Shown here: positions 40,909 to 54,862 of the stretch, in pieces
Layout: every line of letters starts with the position of its first letter
How positions within the stretch are numbered: position 1 is the stretch's first letter
Assembly: GCA_000320545.1 (NCBI GenBank)
Contig: ADNK01000614.1
Span: 62,001 to 126,000, forward strand
Reading direction: 5' to 3'
Source: Bigelowiella natans CCMP2755
Taxonomy: Eukaryota > Protista > Cercozoa
Length of the DNA stretch: 64,000 nucleotides
The notes under the pieces: model-generated
The model's database searches: none
What the model saw: the letters and a program-made list of their open reading frames with translations, nothing else
What the model was told of the DNA's origin: nothing
Translations under genes and position numbers: made by a program

Positions 40909-42399
40909 ATGTTACCATCAGCACATCCTGGATCAACGTTATAAACTACCTTACATCCTGTTACATATCAGAAAACAGTGGAGCGCGTTCAGAACGCGAT
41001 ACGAAGCTTGCTTCCTCGGGTGCATGCTGGACTCAAGCGGAAGATGGCAGCCAATTCGAGAGACAACATGGGTGCTGGGAGCGCTGGGGGGGGGGGGGCA
41101 GGAGCCCGTGGTATGCGTGGTAGCCGAAGCCAGGGCACCAGCCGGGGGAAAAGAAGAAAGCGTTTCGCGTGGATTGCGACGATCGAGAGCTGGATCTTGG
41201 AACATGAGATGTAAAAATAATGATAATGCCATTTTATTATATGGTGTGATGTTGGTAGAGTTACACTCCTCCTTCCCAACTAATAGCGTGGTAATGATGG
41301 TCACCAGGGATGTCTTCCTGATCCCTTTCCCCCCCATGTTTCCCTATAGTAAACTCAGACGTGAATCTGATGATCTTCCTACTCCTGTGTGCATGGTTGT
41401 CGTTGGACTCCCCCCCCCCCTTCCCTACCTCTAGGCACTGCAACACCTACCGTCCTGGGGAGAAGCAAAATTCTGGCCCAGAGCCGGGCATCTGCTGTAT
41501 GTCTCTTAGAAATGGGGCGCAGTATGATCTACGCGTTGTCGCCAACTCAAACAAGTATATACAATTGTGTATATATACAAATATATATATATTACATTAT
41601 ATATATATATATATATATATATAATACATATATAATGTACGGATTGGGGCGAGAGGTTCTTGGGAGCTACTGTGATAATGGTGGCATTATGTTACTTGCT
41701 GCTGCTGCTGCTGCTGGGACAGGTGCTGCGGGGTGAGTGATCTAATCGTCCTCTGCAACACGGAGACAAAGAAGGTGGTGGGATCCTTGCCTTGTTCTAT
41801 GACACAATTCCTGGCGCCGCTCATTCAAGAGGACCTCATCATGCTCACTGGGGCGACCACGCAAGTCATCCATCCAGAAGGTGGTGAAGAAGAAGAAGAA
41901 GATGATGAAGAAGAAGAAGGAAAGCAGGGGGGGGGAGAGGATAATGAGTGGAGCAGGAAGGGGGAGGGAGAGGACCGGGCTCTATCGTTCTTTGTTGTAT
42001 CCATGAGTGACGTATTAATTGTGTATGTAGCAGTGATAAGGATGATGATGATGATGATCGTTACCCTTGTTGTTGTTGTTGATGATGATGATGGTTGTAA
42101 ATAGGTGGCGTTCCTCCGTTCGAGCTTGCAGTAGAAGGAGACCTGATGCGCCTAGCAGGTACTCCTGCTGTAGTATTGGGAAAAATCAATTTTCTTCCAC
42201 TCTTCCTCCTCCTCCTCCTACGCCTTATCTTTTTCTTCTCCCACCGTTTCATGATTACACATCCCACATCTCAATAATGTCATCACCAGGTTTAAAAAAA
42301 GATCCTCGTTTCCGAATGCACATCCGAAAACTCACGTGGTAAAAGCAATTGTCAACTCTGTATTATGTGGTGGTGACCAATTGAAAATTTTGTACGTGG

Positions 42400-42434
<35 letters not shown>

Positions 42435-42668
42435 GGAACACGGTATAAATCTGTGGACAATTGCCGAATTTGTCTGCATCATCGAATAGAGTAGCAGCTC
42501 GTATTCCGTCCATACCTCATCTCTCGTATTCCTCTTCAACTTCTGATTTCTCCTACTTGTCACCATCTCCTCTCCTCTAGTCTCCTGGATAACTGGGAAG
42601 GCGACTGGATCGACTCAGACTATCCTTCTAATATTGAAAGCATTAAGAACCTCCTCAGCACAGACTGA
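38063..42668 (+). CDS. P/Q-rich low-complexity protein with a coiled coil, SAM domain and C-terminal HIRAN-like region
   Basis: Exons from MDGK|DQKPAA... SAM: WSENQVRQWLVQAGF|GNLQANFARNNVDGMRLMSLSYQDL. Basic NLS-like GKRRKR. HIRAN-like VVGSLPCSMTQFLAPLIQEDLIMLTG. Stop at 42668. Confidence 0.7.
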
Positions 42669-43337
42669 GCCAGCAGAGATTGAGCTGCAGCTGCTGCTGC
42701 ATCTGCATAGCTGCTGTCACCATGTTCCTTTATTGTTATTAGTTCGCTTCTTAAGTTAAAGGGGGCTGTAAGAGTCCTGTCTGATCTGAAGAGTGGCAGC
42801 TCTAATCGGTGATGTTCTTGGCGAGCAAAGCTGCTGCTGCTGCTGACCCCAATAAAAAGTATTTCGTAGGAAGAAACACATATTTTTAATATCATCTCAC
42901 GATTCAGTGAAATCGTCCCGAATTATATGTACATGGGGGATTAACCAAATGATAACAGATTATCTCTGTGGTATTTTGAACCTTCGTATGATGAAGAAGC
43001 TACGGGAAGCTTTGATTACAATAACTTTAAGATAATATCCTCTATTCATTTTTTGAATGAAAACACCCCTCCCAAGCTGATGCCGACGCATGCATATGCA
43101 TACAGTATACACATACAATTTCTAGTCTGCCATCAGAGCTGCTTCTTGAGCTCGTCGGTACGGCGATACTGAGTCATGTTGGCAGAATGTTATGTTGTGC
43201 CTGTACGGGCTTTCACTCGATCAAGCTGCAAAATGGCAGGCATATATTTAGAGATGCGTACGATGCGTGTAATTAGCTTGCAGATGTGGTCTAGACCGAC
43301 CACAATACGGTAAGATACACTAGCCCACTATGCACGT

Positions 43338-43440
43338 ATGAGACGGATGTAATGAAATGTTTAAATTGTTTCAATGGTCATCCTAATGTAGCTGTGCAAT
43401 GCAGCGGCTACAGCGCTTAAATTGTATCTGTTTGTTTCCT
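43338..43440 (-). mobile_element. Diverged 3' fragment (~100 bp) of the same non-LTR retroelement
   Basis: atgagacggatgtaatgaa...tcaatggtcatcctaatgtagctgtgcaatgcagcggctacagcgct is nearly identical to 43718-43800. Confidence 0.85.
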
Positions 43441-43717
43441 TGGTCGTATACTGCTGTGTCATGCATGCTAGCATGCATTGTGCGTCTAGCTAGCGATGCT
43501 GCATGCACGCAGCATCACTGCATTGTACCTGCTAGCCTGCTAGTAGGCTAGCCTTAACTGTGCACATGCTCACACATCTATGCATATTTATTAGAATATA
43601 AGCACTCTAATCAAATGCGTCGCGTTGACATGTACGTCGCTGCTGCGATGCGTGTCGTCGATGTCTATCCATGCATTATTTGTGCCTGTTGTGCAGCTAG
43701 CTAGCTAACTAACTACG

Positions 43718-44107
43718 ATGAGACGGATGTAATGAAGAATTAAATTTTTTCAATGGTCATCCTGATGTAGCTGTGCAATGCAGCGGCTACAGCGCTAATG
43801 TTACATCTGTTGGTTTCTGCCACCACGTGCTTCATGCAATTGAAAGCGTCCTCATGCGACCGATGTTGCCGCGCACTGCGCGCAGCAGTTCTGGAGTCCT
43901 TTTCAGCCTTTGTCAGCCGGTTCGTGTCGTCGTTGCGATTCATGATCGCGCGCATTTGATTGCGCAATCTGATTTGTTCTCGACTGTGTGATGGACATTG
44001 CAGGAGATGATCCATGTCCTTCAGGATGCCACATGCATTGCACGTGGCATCTTTCTCTGTGCATTGTCCACGTGAGAACATGAATTTTCCAAGATTGCCG
44101 ACACCAC
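43718..44107 (-). mobile_element. 5'-truncated non-LTR retrotransposon (390 bp) with 10-bp TSD ACTAACTACG
   Basis: ACTAACTACG at 43708-43717 and 44108-44117. Open frame 43740-44081 has CNAC-x7-H-x3-C (CCHC knuckle typical of a LINE ORF2 C-terminus). The stop is followed by a ~22-nt 3'UTR ending CATCCGTCTCAT. Confidence 0.85.
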
Positions 44108-44618
44108 ACTAACTACGTACACAGCTAAACTGGAGCAACCGTACCATGCATAGCGCGCATTCATGCTGCTATATGGCATGCATGGGCTACATATATAGCT
44201 AGTAGACCTGCTAGCCTGGCCGGTCTAGCACATGCATGTACAACAAATGACGAACAGCACGAGCTTGTTGCATGTGGCTGCCTGCTAGGACATGCTACGC
44301 TTGGCAACACGCATGACTAAGTGCATCGCATCGATCCAGATGTTGATCAGAATCGAAAAGGCTGAAGGGACAGATAAATGTCGCGCACATGGCTAGATGG
44401 GCGATCCGTTTTGAAAGCAGAAACATGTCGTAGCATTAATGCGATTGATTGATTGGGTGATGTAAGCGCCTCTGCTAGCCGATGAGCCCAGCTATCACCC
44501 GCTCGGTAAGGAGATTGTCTCTTCTTCAAGAGTTGTTAATTGATGAGATATTTTTCTCCTCGCCTATCTTGAAAATTGGAACAAAATCCCACTTGCTCAT
44601 TAAGCTGCTTCCTTGTCC

Positions 44619-47074
44619 TTATTCCGGATTCTTGTCCTTCTTGTATGGAATTAGACGACAACAAAAAGAGAGTTATCTCACAAAGTAGGCAACTCTCAAA
44701 ATTTCAATCTGCATCTCATCAATCTTAGTTTTCGGAAAGTGTCTAACCTTAGCATTTTTGTCCCCAAAGCGTGCGAAGGCCTTCTGTCTGATAATATTGG
44801 AAAATCTGCGGAAATCCTCCTGAAGTAAGATGTCCATCGTTAATAAATAAATTGAAATATATATCTATCCAGAGAGTAAAATTACATTTTTGGAACTGGG
44901 GCTTTTCATGCCTGCACCAGCCTTCACTAGATCATCAAGCTTTGCATCTGCACCTTCTCCAGTACACGTCTTCAATAAGGAGTCCATAGCATCGCGGAGG
45001 CGTGCCAACATAACGAGGTAGTGGATTACGCTGCGAACACGATACAATCAGATTGGTGCATTTGAAGGAACGATTATTTGTCGGTGTTTCAGGTGTTTTC
45101 GTACCGGTGCAACTGGTTCTTGAATAAGATAATCTTTAACCTGCGATTACGGTCCTTGCCGAGAGTACTCTGAGAGGTGAGACTCAAGGATGATTCCTAC
45201 GTGGGAAAGGGGACGAATGAGCGTTAGCAAAAACCACCTTGTTTTAAACAACACAGAAATATGTCGAACCATCATAGATTCATGATCATCGAACTGGCAA
45301 TTTGTAGTAATCCACTTGTGTTCAAGGACCTGTTCACATAGATTATTTTATAAAATGCTCACTAGATGATAAAATATTTGATTAGCCCGACAGGGATACG
45401 GGTGCCAACATACTTTTGATGCAGAGAATCGCCTCTTGGGTTCCTTCTCGAGGAGATATAGAATGAGTTCTTTTGCTTCCCGTGACACATTCTTCCAATA
45501 CCTGCATTGAAAACAACGTAAATACCCACGGACGGATGCTCGTGTTTTCGGACATGTGCTCATACGTGTATATTTGTTTAAGCCCTCTTACTTGGATGGA
45601 AACTCGACGCGGCATTTCTTCATTTGGCGGAAGTAATCAGGGAGGTTTGATTTGTCTGGAAATGGGGGAACTCCCGAGAGAAGTTCGTACATAATAACCT
45701 GATTTTACAGCAACATTTCAAGGTTAAACAGTGTTGGGAGAGAAGAATCTAAAATCTATGTTTGGTGGGCTGCGAACGAACCCCAAGACTCCACATATCA
45801 CAGCTTGTTCCGTATTCAATTTTCCCTTGCTTGTTCTTGAAGACAACCTCTGGAGCAACGTACCGTGGCGTACCGCGAGAAGAGGAGGTATATCTATTAT
45901 AATAGTACAATGAGCTCGAAGAAAATGGGTAGAGGGAGATTAACGCATTCACAAGGATACCCATCTTTTTTGACGTGCTTGGCAAAACCGAAGTCCAAAA
46001 TCTATGTAGAAAAAGAAACAGATCAAATCCTATTGACCAGAAATTTCTCATCAACTTATACCTTCAAAGATTCCAATCCGTCATCGTCCTTAGCAGCCTT
46101 TGCAAACATGATGTTCTGTGGTTTTAGATCTCTGTGCACGATCCCCTTGCTGAAAAAGAAGTTTTATATGAGCAAAGGAGAAAACCCGCAAAACATTGAA
46201 GAATTTGATACGTCGACTAAGTTATTGCATTTATATACAAATTTCATGACACCTATGAAGGTATTTTAGAGCCTTTGCGATTTTCTGGATGCAAACAGCT
46301 ACGTGCCACTCTGCAATCTGCTCGTTCTCTGCAAACCTCTCGTACAGAGTCGGTCCTCTCATCAACTCCTAAGAGGTAATATTCGATAAGATCACACGAA
46401 ATGTTATATCCATGTAATCTATTGCCCATTCTAATTCTGGTTCGATGTGCATCAAATTCAGTCGATCTACCTGGATGAGGTAGATTTTCTTCTCACTCTC
46501 GAAATATTCCACCTGAGTTCCATTTTTGAAAATCTCAGATCTCAGGCACATATCGAAATTAAATGTAGGACGGATGAGATAAAAATGCAATAAAAATGCT
46601 TGGGTATCATTACGCACCAGGTTACAACAATTTGGATGCTTTATTTCTGTTAGAATCTTTATCTCCGTGTCCACCAGTTGCCCTGAAAAGGAAACTACTC
46701 AGTTCCAACTGATGAGAAAATGTCTCATATGGTGGATTAAGGTATCATTCACGTTTTTTTCGCTAATATACCATCTCATTATATTGGAATGACAATGTTT
46801 AATTCAAGCAGCAAACTCATGCTTCAAATGTTCAAGCTCTTTCAACACATGGACTACCGTTAATGAATATATTTGTCCACATAAATATATTATTTCATTT
46901 TACTGTAGCACACTTACTCAGATCTCCGTCCAGCTTTGCCTTCGGGATTGACTTAGCAGCAAAGTAATCCTTCGTCTTCTTGTGACGGACCTTAAAAACT
47001 CTTGCGAATGCGCCACGGCCTAGAACATCTTCTTTCGTGTAATGGTTGCGGAGGTGGGTGCCCAGATTTCCCAT
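44619..47074 (-). CDS. CAMK-group Ser/Thr protein kinase (CaMKI-like), multi-exon
   Basis: MGNLGT (possible N-myristoylation), LGRGAFARV, AAK, EIKILTEIKHPN, IVHRDLKPQN, DFG, GTPRYVAPE, DMWSLG, WKNVSREAKELI..LLEKEPKRR. The basic helix YRVRSVIHYLVMLARLR could bind CaM. The 3' end is approximate. Confidence 0.93.
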
Positions 47075-48230
47075 TTTCTTTTAAGAGGATATCAATTGGA
47101 ACTTGAGAATATTTGCTCGCGAATATGTTAACAAAAATCCTTCAGCCTGGATCCTAGAATAATTCTGAGGTATCCTTTTCTTTTATTCCTGGAGGAGGAG
47201 GATAGTCGTCAAATGAGGTTACAACTTGAGTGAAAGTTGGAGTTTGCAAAATTAGAAATAACATTTCGCAACTGTGGAAATGAAAAGCTATTTTTAATCT
47301 TTGTTTGGAATGTTGCGACAAAGGATTATAGATGCAAAACTCACAAACATAGCGCACAAATTCCTGGACAACCCTCAAATCTTATGCGAACATCACAGAT
47401 AAAATCTCATAAAATCTCTTACATTCCGATTTTGAACCCTTGGACGCATGCGTATGTTTTTTGACCCAGGTTCAGATCGCATCGAAGGTATATCATCTTC
47501 CCAAAAGTATAAAAATATTAAAACGTACTACAAATAAAATAATACATACCATTAGACTATTGCATTACCATCGAAACCAAAGTCCATAAATTTAAGGCTT
47601 TTCTGAAAGTAAAATAGGATTGTGTTTTTCAGGCTATGCATGGAACACCCGGAATCCCATGTCATTTATGCAACTAGTTCGACGTTTTGCTTGTCGGTGG
47701 CCTCCAAAAAGGACCTTCGAAACAAATTGCATAATTTCTTCCCACTTTTCGTCTTTTAGTCAAAATTCACAGGCTGTTCTCTGGTAGTCCAGTGCGACAA
47801 GCCCCTGAGCCCATCTTTCAAACTGTGGCGTTTTTTAATGAAAACGGTTACATCAAGTCGGAAAGGAAGGTGGTTTTTCGGGCAAGAAAATAAGCTAAAT
47901 TAATCGAAGGATTCTAATTTTTGGATCATTCTGCGACTAATGCATGATCATGTGCTTCCCCTACATTCATCAAATATATCTTATAAATATTGGCGATAAA
48001 AAGTTGACCAGTTTTTGAATCGTCGCTCTTTCAGGGGCCAAGCATTTGAAACTAGCTGATGCCACGAGCTAGCTATCCGCTTGCAGTCTCGGAAGCCCGG
48101 TCGTAAGAGCGCAAGGACTTCAGGAATGTCAAATAGATAAAGTCGAAGTCATTGCACTTTGGCAAGCAACAATAACATTTTTCTTCTATGCAATCTGAGT
48201 TGAAGTAGCTGGCGAGGGGATCACAGCAGC

Positions 48231-50012
48231 ATGAAGCGACCAGCTTCGCTGGCTCGTATTCATGATGGACATAGTACGACGTCGATACTAGAAACTTCCG
48301 AGCTTCGACAGGTTCCACGTATCCATGAAAATTTAATAACTTCGGTGGACAGCTTTCTGAAACGAAAACAGCGCCAATTTTTTCAAAGCTCAATGCATGG
48401 TTTCACACACACCGCTTGCCCTTTTTTTCTCCAGCCTAACCCCTTAATCCGGTCGAATTTGAAGCATCTTTGTTTTCGAAGGTTGACCAGTACTTGGACA
48501 AGCGCGCAGCTACATTGGCAGAGGTGAATGACTTGCATCGCGCGTGTGCGAAAGCCAGAGTACCTCAGGTATTTCCAACCCTCCGTTTCACATACTCATA
48601 TCTGGCAGTTTTCATTCTCTCAGTATCGGTTTCTAAGAGTCAATGTGTGTGTGTGTGTGCGCGCGCGCGCACATGTTGTGAACATGTGTTTTAACCTTGG
48701 GTAAAAACCCGGCTCATGTTGCCATTATTAACTCTAACGAAAGGTGGAAATGCTGTTAAATAATGGGTTTAATGTGAATAAAGAAACGCAAGGTGAGTAA
48801 CTTCCCAATAAAAATACATATAAGAAAGGGCGATCTTCCTCAACATAGCCACAACACTCCTATTTCGACACCAACCTTCATCAAAGGCAAAAAAGCAACA
48901 AAATAGATGCTGAATTGAGCCTATTGATAGTCTTTTCCCTATTTAAGTGGTTCTATACAGAATGTCCTACATGTTGCTGCTGTGACTAATCAGGTGGGTG
49001 GACACCGCTACATTTCGCGTGCAAAGCTGCATCGGTCGAATGCGCGAAACTGCTCATCGGTATGACACACTGATACAGGCACCCATACACAGAGAGAGAG
49101 AGGGGGGGGGGGGGGGAAGACAAACAAACAATGTGATGATACAATACCTAAAAAGTTCGAGGATATACTGACCTCATAAAAGCCGTAAACGAAAACTCAA
49201 ACTTGTCTTCTTCCTCAGATGCCAAGGCGACAGTGATGAGCTTCTCATCAGCTGGGGACACTCCGTTGCATATTGCTGCGAGGTTGAAATTCTCAAAACA
49301 ATTTTTATCCCCCTCCCCCCCCCCCCCACTCTCTTTTTATCTCTCCCAAATGTCTCGATTTATGATGAATACATACCGGAGCTGCAATTGCTATATAATA
49401 TTACATTGCTACCTACGTAATGAAGCACCGGCAAAGGGACACTCGTAAGTCTTCTCCTGAGGCATAAGGCAGATAGGTAAATAGAGTGGAGGGAGCATTC
49501 CCCCCCCCCCCCCTTTCTAACCTTCTCTCAGCAAAAAGAAGAAATAGATAAACCAACTTACATATCTTTTAGCTTACGGTTGACTTGTGCCCGTTCCTTG
49601 CAGGCTTGCCGAAGATCAACGTGGGGCCTTGCCAATCAACCAGGTCTCCCCTGCGCTCTCTAATGCTGTTGGTATAGCTGGGTTGAGTCGCGACAAAGAA
49701 ACAGCAACATCGAAAACATCGGTGTTTTTTAAAATGGAGAGAGGGGACGAACAAGTAGATGGCCATCGTGATATTCCTACTGAAAACTGTTTGATGAGGC
49801 GATCAGAGAATCGACCACGCATTCAACAATGATGTACATGTATGATGACTCGAGAAGAAGGGCAGCAGCACATTCCTTCCCGTAACGACTGAGGTTTACT
49901 ACAATCTCACTGGTCGATCGATCGATGTATGTATGTAACTGTGCAAGGTTGCGGCAGCATGGATACTGAGGAAGACGAATTATCACTTCACAGAGTAATA
50001 GAAAAAGGAGGG

Positions 50013-50050
<38 letters not shown>

Positions 50051-51177
50051 CCATACAGTTATGTGTTTTGTGTCAGAAGAGGGAGGGATTGGAGGAGGAG
50101 AACAGTAAAAGAGAGGGGGAGGAGGGTAGAGTAGGGGGAGGATACTGTGGATCTGCGGGGGACTCTTTTGGGAGCAACGCATTAAAGCTCTCGTGCCCGT
50201 GCAAATACTACTAGATTTCACGACTATGCAAATGTTCTCGACATACTGATTGGATTCAAAGAGCTGCGATGTAGGTAGTAATTATCCCCTCCTTCATTTG
50301 ATTGGTGGTGTCCCTCTGTCGATGATGATCAGCGAACATTTATCTTATTATACAACCACGTGCTTGAATTGGACTATGTTCTCCTTCCCGCCGATTCAAA
50401 CTAACTATTCGCATCATCACGTGCGTTTATGTGTGTGTGTGTTTTGCCACAGTAATATGACTAAAAGAATGCAGCTATGCGCACTGATTAGCATGGATCA
50501 AATAGATGCAGCGCGTCATATCTTGGGCAGGCAGGTCAATCAAGCAGCGATCACTGCCGATTGTTATTCCTACTTCGTTTTCTCCTTCAACATCATCATT
50601 ATCATCATCATTATCATCATCTGGTCATCATCGTCGTCGTCGTCGTCGTCATCTCCGTTATTATTATTTCTGTTCGCTACTCAGATAAAACTGCATGTGG
50701 AGATGGAGATCAGCCTGGGCAAAAGCGGTACGGTTGATTTAACGTAGTAGTAGTAGTAACACGATGGGAAACGAAGTGAACAAATTTTGTCGTCGGTGGT
50801 CGCAGTGATGAATCCATTAGAATTCGGCAACATAAGACAGCTGTGCGAATCGCATATAAGCGCAACTACTCACTATCACTACTACTATCACCAAGGCCCT
50901 ACCCCACGCCTTCTGCAAACGTCAAGGCGCTATGGGTCTGAAGCGTTCAAAAGCGTGTATAGGTGGGTGCGCTACCAAACTAAAAGTGCAATCCAATCAC
51001 CCCATTCCCACCACCACACAGATGAATGGATAAGGTGATGTATGATCTCAGGTATGATTTTGAGATCCTGCTGCCGAACATGCCCGCCGAGGACGAAGCA
51101 CTGGAGGAAATCCGGGAAAGAAATGTGAGAAATCATGGCTTACATTTACGTATATGTATTTGTGTATAGTTGTGTGC

Positions 51178-51218
<41 letters not shown>

Positions 51219-52275
51219 TCCGTCTGCATTTGAATGATGACGAGCATGGAGGGGGAGGGGGAACATACTATCTTTGATATACGTCTTGGATCAATGGACT
51301 CTTTTACTAGCGACTGGCGAAGAGGAGATGGGAGGAGCGCACACGCATCGGTCATATTTACAACATATACAATCACATTCTTAAATCATAGACACACGGT
51401 GATTTAACATGCTGCAGGTGTTCCGCAAAAGAAGAACACATTTGTATACTGCGAGCGCTGCTTGCTAATTTGTTTGATTTGTTGCTTTAGACGAAAAGCG
51501 CTCACCAACTACATTAGGAGGTTCGTTGTATATTTACTCTAATAATTGCACGCATTATTCGCGTAAATACGTTGATGAAAGTGCCTGTGCGAGTGCGTGG
51601 ACGCGTATGTGTGTGAGAGAGTGAGTGAGCGTGTGTACGTGAGCATAAATCGTGTACGTCGTCTCACCAAATATATCAATGATATATTCTATTATTATTT
51701 GTCATCATATAGATACGAAGAAGGATATAGAAAAATCGACGATGATGAAGGCGGTGCCTAGAGAAGCGGGAAAAGGAAGAGGAAGAGAAAGGTAAAACAT
51801 CAAGCAGCACAATGAGATGATACGTCAACCCACACAGCCTCATCAATATCATCCTCATCCTCATCATCATGACTCTTATGCCTCTGCTATCTGGCTTTTT
51901 CCGCTCACTTCGCATCATTCGATGTGCGGTGATGGCCACCAGGATTAGTGATGAGAAGGACAGCGTTTCACACAGCACTGTTAAAGGAGAAAAAGACAAC
52001 GACGGGAAAGAAGATGAGGGAAAAGAAGAAGAAGAAATAGACGAAGGAGGGAGCGTTAGAAACGACGGCGATTGTAGCAATCGTCCCAGCGATGCAAGTC
52101 GTCCCAGCGATGATTCTGAGAAGAACGGGTCATTGCTGTTACTCTCAAAACATACCAAAAGGAGGACACAACCATGGCCTTCATCACCACTGGTAAATGT
52201 ACAGTAGCAAGTCGAGTTGAAAGTGGTATTCGTGTACTCGCTGCAAGTATTCGTCGTGTCCATCAAGAGATGACA

Positions 52276-52314
<39 letters not shown>

Positions 52315-52572
52315 ACGCACACGCAAGCTTATGGAAAGGTGATGGATAAGCGATGACTTCTATCATGGCTTAATCTCATATTTCATTGTTGTTCGGCACA
52401 GGCTGACAAAGGAGGTAGGAGCAGTGGTGGACCAGATTCTTTACTCAAATTAGCACCTCACAAGGCTGGATACATTCCCTTGGAAAGCAGCAGCAACAAC
52501 AACAACAACAACAACTGCGGGGAGGAAGAAGAGGAGAAGGAGGAAAAGGCCCAAGGTGATGGGTAGCAGGCA

Positions 52573-52660
<88 letters not shown>

Positions 52661-53595
52661 GCAAACACTGCAGCAATGTGTACGCAGTCTAAATCAGAAG
52701 CACGCAAACATCATCACGTTCTCTATTCCCCTCCTCCTTCTTCCTCCTGTTCTCCCCCTTCACCAATGCGTAGGGTCCGGTGCTTCGCCGCTTGCAGAAG
52801 GGGGGGGAGGAGGGGGGTTTACGGGAGGCCTGAATCTGAATCTAGCGCTTGATTTGTCGCCAACAGTAGTTGCAGAAGGAGGAGGAGGAGGAGGAGGAGG
52901 AGGAGAGGGAGGGGGGGGGGGGGGAGCCTTTGGTAAGCTCACGACCTATGAAACGAAGAATGTTCTCGGAATCAGACAGGGTAGAAGTAGTGTCAGCAGC
53001 GAGACTAACAACAACAAAAACAAAGATGACGACGATGGGAGAGGAGGAAGAGGAGGAGGAGGCGGCGAAGGCGGGGCTGCAGTTCCTGGCATCCAGAAGC
53101 GAGGGAACACTAGAGCCATGCCAAGAGGAAGGTCCCCTGGTGTGCTCAATCAAGAATTCAAAGGCGGCAGCTATGTTAATGATGATGAGGACGCCAATAC
53201 GACCATGACGAAAGGGGGCAAGAACAAGCAAAGCTTTGACGTGAAACCCGACCAGCCATTGACCAAATCAGGTATGTAATATGTGATGATGCGGTATGAT
53301 GATGATGATGATGATGTGACGATGGTAGTCCCTTGTGCATAGTAATGGGTAAGGCTCTGCCCAAAAGCGCTATGATTTATGATGGTTACGCTAAACTCCT
53401 TCTCCCTGCGCTTTCTTCAACTGTTGATGTTGTTCTCCCGATGATTCCTCCTCCGTTGATGACTCAGCAACGGCATCGTTCCGGCGCCTCAGCTCCACCG
53501 GCTTGCAAGGACTCAAGCTTATGTCTTCAGGGGTGATGATGATAATGATGATGATGATGATGTGTGAACTTACCACCGCTGCTACTGCAAGGAAG

Positions 53596-53626
<31 letters not shown>

Positions 53627-53990
53627 GTTTGAAGCCTCCACCTCTCTTGATACATTGTCAGTTCCATAAATTTTACGTGGATGTGTGCACAGGGAAGGAT
53701 GGCAAAGAGATTCCTGATGACAGTCTTCACATCCAGTGGCGAGGAGAAGATTGGTGCCGATTCTAATAGTGTGGGAAGGGGGAGGGGGTATATGGTATGT
53801 TCCTAAGACAAGAAATCGGCCATAGTAAACATTTGTGTACATGCCACGCTCTCCGCCCTCATCTCCCCCCCTCCCCTCTCTTGTCGATTCCTTGGCACAT
53901 TTCCCCCGCAAAATCGCTCAGAGTCGGCCACAACAAAGGCTTTCAATATATTCAGGAAAGTGAGTAAGCTGCTCTTGGAGAATGTTGTTA

Positions 53991-54025
<35 letters not shown>

Positions 54026-54293
54026 ACACAACCCAATAAGGCCCTCCTATGAAACAGGGACTATCAGGCAACTTGAGAAGAGAGGACAGCTTTAATCAAG
54101 GCGGCTTCATAAGAAAGGTGTCAATATGGGGGGGGGGGGGGGGAAAAAGAGGAGTGTCGGCCGTACATAAATAGGCAAACATAAAAAAGTATAAAAAAGT
54201 AGAGCTGCTGTTTTGTTCGTGGTGCACGTCACCCATCATTTCTCATGGTGACGGTGGTGATAATAATTGTATATAAATTTTTACACACATAAA

Positions 54294-54327
<34 letters not shown>

Positions 54328-54824
54328 TATGTTTTTTAAATATATAACATATATGACGATGACGGCAATCAGGGACTAGACCCCATCGGCTTGATGATGG
54401 AAAGGGACACGAGTGTAGACCTCTTCACGTTGCCGCTTATACGCGCGTACCGAACATGCTAACTCGTTAAACATATACGACGACGACGACGACAAAGACG
54501 ACATATGAGAATGAGACCAAAGGAAGATAAGGGAGTTGAAAACAGTGACACGTGCTGCTGCTACTGCTGAAGGCATCATGTGAATCATTTGTAGAGGGGG
54601 GAGAGCAAAGCACGACGGATGCGAGAGATTTACCAGCGGCGTGTATATGTAAATAAATTATGCGTATTTACTTTGCGTTTGATTGCAGGTATTTCGACGA
54701 GAAATGGACAGGGGTATGTGTACATAACCGCAACAGTGTTTGCCTCTTAACCCCTTTTCCACACCTTCCATCTGCATAACTCTGCCCCCCCCCCCCCCCC
54801 CTTCACCCTTCAACACCGTCATCT

Positions 54825-54862
<38 letters not shown>

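Noticed and set aside
48073-48393. 106-aa minus-strand ORF
   Set aside because: Antisense to the first TRP exon, non-ATG start, no recognisable motif.
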